Below, piece by piece: positions 17,191-25,800 of a stretch of 37,167 bases of DNA. Under the pieces are notes generated by a model. It worked only from the letters and a program-made list of their open reading frames with translations, did not search any database and was not told the origin of the DNA. Location: NCBI GenBank assembly GCA_020718265.1, contig DYSM01000001.1, positions 1 through 37,167 of the forward strand. Direction: 5' to 3'. Positions within the stretch are counted from its first letter, which is position 1. Every line of letters begins with the position of its first letter. The DNA is from Draconibacterium orientale. Lineage in GTDB: Bacteria > Bacteroidota > Bacteroidia > Bacteroidales > JAADGE01. The translations under genes were made by a program, and so were the position numbers.

Positions 17191-18744
17191 ATGAGTTTCG
17201 TAGTTCAATCATATCCGGAAAAAGTAATCCTCAGCGATAATCCTGCTAAGATTGTGATTTCTATTGGTCCGAAATCTATATATTATGCCGATGCCATAAT
17301 AAGAAGGCTTCACGTCCAAATTTTCAACCCTTATATTAACGAATATTATCTCCCTTTTGCAGAGGATTCTTTCATTGTGCAAGAAAATCAAGTCATTACA
17401 ATGGATATTTCAGAATATCTTCGGAATGATACTCGCAAACAATTTATATTATCAGACCTTTTTGTAACCGACATTATTGATGCCGGTCTTACTTCTGAAT
17501 ATACATTCAAGTTTTTTGAGACTTACGACAGTTATAATCAGCCTTGGGATGCAATAATTTCAACTAACTTTTTCGCAATCAACGGCGGACTAAGCCGTGC
17601 ACTTTTACAATATTATGACACTAAGGGCTATACGTTTCTATCGAAATTAATAGGTACAGAAAACCGATTCCTTAGTTGGCAGATGCCGAAAAAGCTTATG
17701 CCGACACAAATTGAGATGTTATATTATCTCAATACGCTGTTGGCAGAATTGAAATATCAATTCGTGCTGTCATTCGACGATGCAACCACGCAGACAATCA
17801 CATCCGCAGCAATTACGGCAACGGAGTGGACAGTCTATACATTAAATGCTTCATTTTTCGCACACCAACTCGAACAATATGAGATTGATAAGCTGATTGT
17901 CAGTTTCGATTTCTATGTGTTGGGCGGTTCGGGCGTAACATTCGAGCAAGTTTCGGAAACGAAAACTTATACGATTGATCGCAGTTACATGCACTTCGCG
18001 CGGCAATTCATATTTCACAACAGCTTAGGCGGTTACGATTGTGTGTTGCTGCACGGCCTTTCGGAGGTTGAAAACAAGTTCAACCGTGAAAGCGGCATAT
18101 CGGACGAAGGACAGAACCGCGTATTTTTCGTGAATTACGATTCCGAAAAAACAACAAATTCGGGTTGGATGAACTCGAAATATACGAACGCACAGCGCGC
18201 GCAAGATTATATGACTGAATTACTTCTCAGCGAAGAAGTGTATGAGGCGTATAAGAATCACATTGTAGAAATTATTCCGCAGTCAGATTCGTTGAAAGTA
18301 TATCAAGACAAGAACTATCTTTTTTCTTTCGAGTTCAAATATAAGACTGCGTATAACGAAGGTCATTATTCTGATTTCCTTGAAACGCCATTTTTGGGTA
18401 TTCCGCAGGCGAAATTCCGATGCCAAGATGCCGAATATAATACAATAACTGAACTGTTCTCGCTTACTATTGTAAGAACGGACACATTCGAGTTGATTGA
18501 CGGTGTAGGCGAAGTAGTTCTGTCCACTGACACGAACCCTGCAATTGTGAAAGTATATCCGATTCTGCTCGATGTGGGAGAAAATACAACGATAACGCTT
18601 GATTTGTCAGCATATTGCCATGTTTCACGCGTAAGTTGGACGGGGTCATGCTCGGGCGAATTGATTTTTGATAACGGGAAATTATTAGACAACAGCTATA
18701 ATTGCTTACAAGACAACAGTTATTCAACATTAATGATCAACTAA
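17191..18744 (+). CDS. putative tail/baseplate protein
   Basis: 517-aa ORF in the tail module. The call is by position only. Confidence 0.5.
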   Translation: MSFVVQSYPEKVILSDNPAKIVISIGPKSIYYADAIIRRLHVQIFNPYINEYYLPFAEDSFIVQENQVITMDISEYLRNDTRKQFILSDLFVTDIIDAGLTSEYTFKFFETYDSYNQPWDAIISTNFFAINGGLSRALLQYYDTKGYTFLSKLIGTENRFLSWQMPKKLMPTQIEMLYYLNTLLAELKYQFVLSFDDATTQTITSAAITATEWTVYTLNASFFAHQLEQYEIDKLIVSFDFYVLGGSGVTFEQVSETKTYTIDRSYMHFARQFIFHNSLGGYDCVLLHGLSEVENKFNRESGISDEGQNRVFFVNYDSEKTTNSGWMNSKYTNAQRAQDYMTELLLSEEVYEAYKNHIVEIIPQSDSLKVYQDKNYLFSFEFKYKTAYNEGHYSDFLETPFLGIPQAKFRCQDAEYNTITELFSLTIVRTDTFELIDGVGEVVLSTDTNPAIVKVYPILLDVGENTTITLDLSAYCHVSRVSWTGSCSGELIFDNGKLLDNSYNCLQDNSYSTLMIN

Positions 18745-18745
18745 T

Positions 18746-20056
18746 ATGGGAAGGGTAATAGATTATACACCAATTGAAAATAACGGACATTCGGTATATG
18801 GAACGAAGTCTGGGTCGGAAGGGCTTATAGATTTGGCAAAGGCGGCAAGGATTGCGAATGACATTGTGACGGTTGGCACAGGAGGCGATTACACTACATT
18901 AAGACTTGCTTTTGCAGCAGGTAAGAAAAAAATTAAGCTAATTTCCAATGTAACAGAAACAAGTGCAGGAACCTCAGGCAGTGACATCTTCATCGACGGT
19001 AACGGATTTTCTCTATCAACAGCTTATCAATTAATAAGTTCTGGAACTGTATCTATTTTAAATTTGAAAATTATAAATTCTTATATTGGGGCTTTTTCAA
19101 CGCCACTATTCAAACTAACATCATTTATTTTTGAGAATGTCAGTTTAACCTTTTCAGCAGTAGTCGAACAATTTGGAATATCCGCCGCTAATGCTTATAT
19201 AGTTAACTCCACTATGACATTCTCAAATATGAATGTCAGAAACTATTTCTCATCTTATTTCTTATTAAGAGATTGCTATATTGTGTTATCTGTTGGAACA
19301 TATAATAATAATATTTTTTACTGTTCAGGGAATTCTTGTATAATTGATAATGTTATAGTTTCCGGCAGTAATACCTTAGCTGTATGGTCGAATTTTTTCT
19401 TCTTTCTTACGGCAACTTATAATAGTATTAATAATCTTAATGCGATTTCGAGCAATAAATTCCCTATATATGCTACCGGTTTGAGATTATCGAACAGTAA
19501 AAACTTGGCTTTTTTGGGGGCTGGGATTACAATTGAATCAATATTGAACTGTTCTAATATTCAAATGTCTATACAAGGAAGTATCACAAATTGTAGCATA
19601 ATCAATAGCTCGAACTTAACTTTTCAGAATGTTAATTTACTAACTGTAACAAATCTTAATATAGTTAATTCAACAGGTATTACAATCAAAAGTGCATCTA
19701 ATGCTTTTTTTAATATCTCATTATTGAAAATAACAAATTCAAATTTCACATTTTCAAATGTATCAGCTTATCTCAGAATCGCGCAGGCTCTTGTCAATAA
19801 CTCTGCAACGTCTGCTCTTACAGTTGATACTAATAATTCTATTTTTTCATCAGTAGTTGTAACAAATACGATTACTAATAACGGAGATTATAATTCGTTC
19901 CGAGATTGTTCGGCGAAGGCCATAGTCAATGCACTCGGCGCAGACTATGCAATTTTCGAGAACGTTACTTATGTTACCACTGCCACAGATAACAGCGGAG
20001 GTACCGCACGCCAGTGGGTTCCGACAACAGATGCCGGCGGAAATTATTTGAAATAA
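18746..20056 (+). CDS. putative tail fibre/tailspike (parallel beta-helix-like, receptor-binding candidate)
   Basis: 436 aa, very N/S/T/I-rich, with short recurring units (NxS/NxT, 'VTNLNIVNSTGITIKSASN', 'ITNSNFTFSNVS') typical of right-handed beta-helix repeats. It is the last large gene of the tail module. By eye it is AT-richer than its neighbours. Confidence 0.55.
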   Translation: MGRVIDYTPIENNGHSVYGTKSGSEGLIDLAKAARIANDIVTVGTGGDYTTLRLAFAAGKKKIKLISNVTETSAGTSGSDIFIDGNGFSLSTAYQLISSGTVSILNLKIINSYIGAFSTPLFKLTSFIFENVSLTFSAVVEQFGISAANAYIVNSTMTFSNMNVRNYFSSYFLLRDCYIVLSVGTYNNNIFYCSGNSCIIDNVIVSGSNTLAVWSNFFFFLTATYNSINNLNAISSNKFPIYATGLRLSNSKNLAFLGAGITIESILNCSNIQMSIQGSITNCSIINSSNLTFQNVNLLTVTNLNIVNSTGITIKSASNAFFNISLLKITNSNFTFSNVSAYLRIAQALVNNSATSALTVDTNNSIFSSVVVTNTITNNGDYNSFRDCSAKAIVNALGADYAIFENVTYVTTATDNSGGTARQWVPTTDAGGNYLK

Positions 20057-20066
20057 TTTTAATAAA

Positions 20067-20555
20067 TTGAATATGAAACTTATCAATACCACAACAGGTA
20101 CAGTTATTGAAATCACCGACGTAAATAACACTCTCAATCGCGTTGTTTTCGTTACGCAAGAATTCAACAGCGTGAAATCGCCTTGTAAGGCGAATTCTCA
20201 TACTTATAATAATTTCAGCATCAATGCAGCTTATAACATTGAATCAGCCTTGATACGACTATGTTACGAAGCATTGAAATTGGAAGTATTTCCGACGTTC
20301 AAAGTATCGGAAAATGAGAACTGGCTGTTCCCGTTGCGTCCGATCCGCGTGTATATTCCGGACGGAATTGTGAAATCGGCAACAAACTCCGGCAATGCGC
20401 TCGGTCAATTGCTTATGGCAATGCAGTCGGATATTCCGGCTGAGTTCCGAAAAGCGACAGAAACAGGTGTAGTAACTTATCTTGAATTACTATTGCCGGA
20501 ACATCGCGCAATTATGGAGGCATATCCAGAAATTATTTTAGAAGAAAAAGCTTAG
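20067..20555 (+). CDS. hypothetical protein
   Basis: 162-aa ORF following the fibre gene. It converges on the integrase stub with a 4-nt overlap. Confidence 0.5.
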   Translation: MNMKLINTTTGTVIEITDVNNTLNRVVFVTQEFNSVKSPCKANSHTYNNFSINAAYNIESALIRLCYEALKLEVFPTFKVSENENWLFPLRPIRVYIPDGIVKSATNSGNALGQLLMAMQSDIPAEFRKATETGVVTYLELLLPEHRAIMEAYPEIILEEKA

Positions 20556-20815
20556 AACTTACCGGCTTTTCTCATGATTTGCGAGTTCGCAGTCTTTTTA
20601 GCGTGCAGGGCATAGATACTTGTTATTTCAATAGAGCTATGCCCTGCTTGCTTTGCCACTTCATCATGGCTTATGCCGTCACGAAGCATCTGGATTATAC
20701 CTGTATCGCGCAGGCTATACATGTGATATTCAGGTTTCAGCTTCAAATCTTTTCGGAGCTGTAACCATCTGCGACCTGCGTATTTTGTCTGTTTTTCATT
20801 CATACCTGGTTTCAT
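20552..20815 (-). pseudogene. tyrosine recombinase (phage integrase) C-terminal fragment only
   Basis: The 87-aa ORF contains 'YSLRDTGIIQMLRDG...AKQAGHSSIEITSIY'. This is the box II region, with an H-x-x-R-like element, the GHS histidine and the catalytic Tyr. The roughly 200-300 N-terminal residues of a normal integrase are absent in all three upstream frames. Confidence 0.7.
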
Positions 20816-20917
20816 TTTGTCCGAAAACGCACATTGATTTTCAGCATATTATAAATGCAACTTTTGTAATATTTGCATCATTTTGTGCCGATTTCATGCC
20901 GATATTGCGGCTATAAT

Positions 20918-21271
20918 CTACTGTTTTTCAGTAGGCTTAATGATATTGTCAGTCAATATCTTCTTAATTTCGATTACTTCTTTCAATACTTTCCGAATAT
21001 CAGTTTCTTGCTGTATAGACTTCTTATACTCTGCGATTTCTTCGCTAACAATGCTTTTTTGTTCTGTTGTTTCATATTCATTCGGGTATTCTTGAAATAA
21101 TTCTTCAAGGCTCATTGGTAGTAACTTAGAGAGTATTTCTATCTTTTCGCTCGGCATCCTTCTTTCGTTTATATAATTCTGCTATGTGCTGGCTGAAATC
21201 TCAAGTACCTCACTTATTTGTTTTGACGTATAGCGTTTGAATTTTACAACCTTCTCAATATTAGCGGTATT
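20918..21271 (-). pseudogene. XRE-family HTH repressor-like gene interrupted by an in-frame TAG and lacking an ATG
   Basis: Hand translation of the minus strand gives NTANIEKVVKFKRYTSKQISEVLEISAST*QNYINERRMPSEKIEILSKLLPMSLEELFQEY... This is a contiguous HTH_3-like domain with TAG at 21182-21184. Only the distal 79 aa (20918..21157) form an ATG-initiated ORF. Confidence 0.55.
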
Positions 21272-21275
21272 CTAT

Positions 21276-21343
21276 TTTACTTAATTTAGAATAATTCTTA
21301 ATTAAGTAAATATTTACTTTAAATTTTGTTTTTACTTATTTAA
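21276..21343. promoter_or_regulatory. operator-like TTTACTT(A/T) repeats in the divergent intergenic region
   Basis: An 11-bp inverted repeat tttacttaatt (21276-21286) / aattaagtaaa (21300-21310). Direct copies of tttactt lie at 21313 and 21331. The region sits between the decayed repressor (-) and the early genes (+). Confidence 0.45.
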
Positions 21344-21385
21344 TTCCGTATTTAGCGATTAATTTAAACGTTTAAATTATTTCGC

Positions 21386-21748
21386 ATGGACAAAGAAAAT
21401 GAAAATAATCGGATTTGTAAAAGCGATTACACATCTGAAAATCTTCCGCCGCTTATTGCCGGGAAATATTTTGGTATCATTCCGCCGGATGGACGTAAGG
21501 ACATGTTCAAATGGCTCAACCAATTCTTAGGGGAAATGGGCGAAATGAACTATCAGACTTGGAAAGGACGGTTTCATAATCCGAAATTAATTCCGACAAA
21601 AAAACAAGGAATGATTATCGCAATAATGGAAGATGCGCTTGCGCTGCAACTGTATAAGTTAGCAGAATCAACAACAAAAGTAATATCCGATGCTTCGGAA
21701 TTGCAAGTGAAAATAAGAAAAGCAATATCCGAGTATGAGCAAGAGTAA
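21386..21748 (+). CDS. hypothetical early protein
   Basis: 120-aa ATG ORF, the first + strand gene after the divergent region. Confidence 0.55.
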   Translation: MDKENENNRICKSDYTSENLPPLIAGKYFGIIPPDGRKDMFKWLNQFLGEMGEMNYQTWKGRFHNPKLIPTKKQGMIIAIMEDALALQLYKLAESTTKVISDASELQVKIRKAISEYEQE

Positions 21749-21899
21749 GCACGGGAACAGCTGCGAAATTTGCGGCGAAAAAGGCTTTTGGTCAGCCTTA
21801 TTACAAAAGCTATTGTGCGACAAGCATCGTGCTAAGTTAATTTTTGCTTTGCTGTTTGGCGGAGGCGGTATTGCACTATTTTTTATATATGTATTATGA
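21735..21899 (+). CDS. unlisted 54-aa protein with a C-terminal TM helix
   Basis: Hand translation gives MSKSKHGNSCEICGEKGFWSALLQKLLCDKHRAKLIFALLFGGGGIALFFIYVL*. It overlaps the preceding stop, and its own stop overlaps the next ATG (ATGA at 21896). Confidence 0.35.
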   Translation: MSKSKHGNSCEICGEKGFWSALLQKLLCDKHRAKLIFALLFGGGGIALFFIYVL

Positions 21900-22072
21900 G
21901 CATCAAGGAACTTATCAATCAGATTATCAGTGAAATTCCAATTTATAGGTACCTGGAAACATCCTATGAGTTAGCTCGCATTGAGTTGCAGGCTGACTTG
22001 AAAAAGTGGGAGATTACCTATAATCTATACCTTGAAAAACAAGGTATTAATCCAAAAGAATATGAAGAATAA
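21896..22072 (+). CDS. unlisted 58-aa hypothetical protein
   Basis: Hand translation gives MSIKELINQIISEIPIYRYLETSYELARIELQADLKKWEITYNLYLEKQGINPKEYEE*. It fills an otherwise unassigned gap and overlaps the next ATG (22062). Confidence 0.35.
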   Translation: MSIKELINQIISEIPIYRYLETSYELARIELQADLKKWEITYNLYLEKQGINPKEYEE

Positions 22073-22574
22073 CATCCATAATATTATGTTATTCAAAGGA
22101 GTTACGCTTGAAGAAGCTGCAAATGCTCTCAAAGTTACACGCAAATTTCTATTGCGTATTATACAGGGAGAGCTTATTCCTGACTTGACTCTTGCAATCA
22201 ATATCAGCGAAGTTCTTGCTGAATCGGTCAATTCTATTTGGTCTAAAAATGAACAAGCCTCTTTACTTGTCATATTGAGCCGAGTTGCCAACATTGCAAA
22301 TGTGCCTGATTTTTCAATGAAATCGAAACTTCGTAAACGCTATCTTGTTTCTTCAAGATACGCTTTTTGTTATATAGCAAATCGCGATACCAAAGCTTCG
22401 CTTTCTGAAATTGGAAATCTTATAGGAATAGACCATTCGACTGTGCTATACGGCTTGAAACATAGCTTTTTGCCAGAAGTTTCTGAAATTATTACGACTT
22501 ACTATGCCTTATTCTCACAACCAAACACGCAAAAAAATGAAACCTCTCAAAATAAAGTCTCAAAACACGCATAA
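22062..22574 (+). CDS. DNA-binding protein with an N-terminal HTH plus a DnaA C-terminal (domain IV)-like HTH, putative replication initiator/origin binder
   Basis: 'VTLEEAANALKVTRKFLLRIIQGE' is an XRE-like HTH. 'RYAFCYIANRDTKASLSEIGNLIGIDHSTVLYGLKH' matches the DnaA domain IV signature (..IG..fg.DHsTVlha). The track start at 22032 is TTG, so ATG 22062 is preferred. Confidence 0.6.
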   Translation: MKNNIHNIMLFKGVTLEEAANALKVTRKFLLRIIQGELIPDLTLAINISEVLAESVNSIWSKNEQASLLVILSRVANIANVPDFSMKSKLRKRYLVSSRYAFCYIANRDTKASLSEIGNLIGIDHSTVLYGLKHSFLPEVSEIITTYYALFSQPNTQKNETSQNKVSKHA

Positions 22575-22860
22575 CTATTTCGTATTTGTGAAAGCCGATT
22601 CCGAGATTGATGCAGAATGGGCAAATATATTTGAGCCAAAAGAAATTGAAGCTCAAATCGACGAAAAAAAGGCTGTTATCAGAATTGAAGATTATCACAA
22701 AATCCATTTCAGCATGTTGCAATTGGTAGAATTCATTATCAAACTCTGTTTCGGAGTTGATATTTCCGAATTCAAAAAGTTACTTGTTAAGAAATACGGC
22801 TCTGAAATTCAGACACATGATATTTATTTTGGCTTATACAAATTAATTGAAATCGAATGA
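22537..22860 (+). CDS. hypothetical early protein
   Basis: The track ORF starts at 22504. The in-frame ATG at 22537 (MKPLKIKS...) reduces the overlap with the upstream gene. The stop overlaps the primase ATG. Confidence 0.45.
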   Translation: MKPLKIKSQNTHNYFVFVKADSEIDAEWANIFEPKEIEAQIDEKKAVIRIEDYHKIHFSMLQLVEFIIKLCFGVDISEFKKLLVKKYGSEIQTHDIYFGLYKLIEIE

Positions 22861-25800
22861 TACAGGTATCCACCATAAACCACTTGAAATCAATCGTCAA
22901 GATTGAAGATGTCGTCGGCGATTTCATTAATTTGCGGCGAAAAGGCACAGCACATCTCGGACTTTGTCCGTTTCACAACGAAAAAACCCCGTCATTCTCG
23001 GTATCTCCGGCAAAAGGCATCTACAAATGTTTCAGTTGCGGCGAAAGCGGCAATGCGTTCAGTTTCGTAATGAAACACGAAGCAATGAATTATCCGGAAG
23101 CAGTGAAATGGATTGCGAAAAAATATAACGTTCCCGTTGCAGAATCAGAATCCTCCGACGATGCCGCTCGCCGAACGCACAAGGAAAGCCTTGCAATTGT
23201 TACTGAATTTGCACAGAAAGTCTTTCTACATTCGTTCGATAAATCCGCAGCACACCAATATATGAGCATTGAGCGCGGTTTCAATGCTGAAATTTTGCGC
23301 GATTTCAATATCGGCTATGCGAAAGATGATTGGCAATTCCTGAGCGTTGCCGCACTTAAACGCGCATACAAAGCTGAATTATTGACGGAAAGCGGACTTT
23401 CCGGAACCAAGAAAACAGACGGCTCACTATATGACCGTTTCCGAAATCGCGTTATGTTTCCGTATTTCGATTTATCCGGAAAAGTTATCGGTTTTACAAG
23501 CCGTATTCTTACCGCCGACAAAAGCGAAGCGAAATACATAAACAGCTCAAATACAGAGCTTTTCGACAAAAGCAAAATACTTTTCGGCTTATTTCAGGCA
23601 AAAAAAGCGATTGTTGCCTACGATGAGTGCTTCTTAGTTGAAGGCAATACCGACGTGATGCGTTTCCATCAGCTCGGCATTGCGAACACCGTTGCCACAT
23701 CCGGAACCGCTCTGAGCACTATGCAAGTGAAACTGATTCAACGCTTCACATACCACGTGATTCTGCTGTTCGATGCCGATAATGCCGGCAAAAATGCGGC
23801 AATGAAAAGCATTGACAAGTTTCTTTCCGAAGATTTCGTGGTTAATGTTTGCATCCTGCCCGAAGGCGAAGACCCGGACAGCTTCGGTAAGTCGCGCACA
23901 AAGGATGAAGTGTTGAATTATATTCTTGAAAACAAAGTTGATTTCTTTGAATTTCAGGCGAAAACGCTGTTGAACGGCAGCGTTTCCGCAAAAGATATTG
24001 TGAAAGTTGCCGAAACCATTGCAACCTCAATTTCATTCATTGACAATGAAGCCGAACGTATTATTTTGAGAAAAAAACTTTCTCAAAAATTCGGCATCGA
24101 AGAAAAGCTCCTTGACAAAAAAACTGCAAAACTTTCCGAAGAAAAAGAATGCGTTATAGGCTTTTTTGCCTGGGAAGAAGCGAAGGAAGCTATCAAGGAA
24201 AAGAATGTTGCAAATCTGGTTTTTTCTAATGATTTCGTTATTGAAAAGCATTTCAATAACGAACTTAACACTGTCGGATTCACAGAAAATACAGCTTATT
24301 CATATTTCAATGAGCTGCATAAGCTTACGAAAAATATTAGCGTTTCAGAATCGCTTGGGCAATTTGATTTGATTGATACAAACGGAGAAACGAAGCTTTT
24401 GAAACTTTTCAAGCAACTTATTTCAGTTGGGTTTAACCTTGAGATTACATATTTCAATGAGATCGACGATAAAGAAGATACTACTTCATTCATTGACTTC
24501 TATTTTGAACTGCAAATAGGTTCAATCAAAGGTAGTAATGATAAGTCTAAGAAATCAGCAATTGAGAAATCCGCAGAAATAATATCATTCTTATCTGAGA
24601 CTGAGCGGATGTTAAAAATTAATCATGTTGTTTCAAGATTCAAAAGTAATGGATATGTCATCAATCAAGGCGATTTCAAAAAGATCGTTTCAGATTATCT
24701 CAAAGAGAACCAACGTTCCGATAATAAGGAAGTTACCATATATGCGAATAATCCGCACGGATTGACGAAAGAACAGCTCGAATCGCTTGACAAATACGGC
24801 TTGTTTGAGAAAGATAATCAGTTGTTTTTCGAGGAAAAAAGCGGCGGTTCTGTTCCTTATTCTAACTATATTATTCGCCCGCTCTTCCATATAGAAAGCA
24901 TCAACGAAACGCGCAAACTATTTGAAATCATAAATTTCAAGAACGAAAAACAGATTATCGAAGTTGATATTGAAAGCATGGTCAAGATTGACAAATGGCA
25001 AATATTCTGCGAAAGTAAAGGCAATTTCCTTTTTTGGGGAGACAAAACGAAATTCACTCGATTGAAACAACGCCTGTATGCCGATACGAAATTTTGCAAG
25101 AATATCGAAAACTTAGGCTGGCAAAAGCAAGGTTTTTGGGCATGGGCGAACGGAATTGTGTATGAACGTCAGTTTGTGCCTGTGGACAGTTACGGAACTG
25201 TAACCGTCCTAAATACGAATTATTACATCCCTGCATTTTCGGAGTTGTACAAACATGATAGAACAGTATTCAAGGCTGAGCGCAAATTCGTTCGCAAACC
25301 GCAAGACATTTCGTTTTTTCAATGGTCTGAAAAGTTCATTTCTGTCTATGGTGAAAATAGCAAACTATCTACCTGCGCACTGCTTACGTCTGTGTTTTCG
25401 GATTATATTTTTTCGATTACTGGGAACTTGCCTTTGGTAAATTTTTTCGGTGTGAAAGGCACCGGAAAAACAGAACATGCCAAGAGTCTGCTTAACTTTT
25501 TCGGAGATGAGCAGAACCTGCTCAACATTCACAAAGGCACGGAATATGCCGCCGCAGTGCACATGGAGAATTTCAAAAACGCATTTGCATTGATTGACGA
25601 GTATAAGAATTCGTTAGACATCAATAAGTTGGAATATCTGAAATCTATCTATAACCGCGACGGACGTGTGCGCGGTTCAATCAAGGCAGGAATTAAGACC
25701 GAAACGACACAAGTTAATTCCATGGCATTACTGTGCGGTCAGGAAATGCCGACGGCGGATGTCGCCTTGTTTTCGCGTCTTGTTTTCCTCCCTTACTATA

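Noticed and set aside
21182-21184. TAG stop-codon reassignment (code-15-like recoding, known in some gut phages) or suppressor-tRNA read-through of the XRE gene
   Set aside because: TAG terminates many well-supported genes here, including 5359..5811, 9566..10627, 20067..20555, 29570..30040, the capsid gene 31356..32390 and 32444..33388. I found no tRNA-like sequence in the window. The HTH fragment also lacks a start codon.
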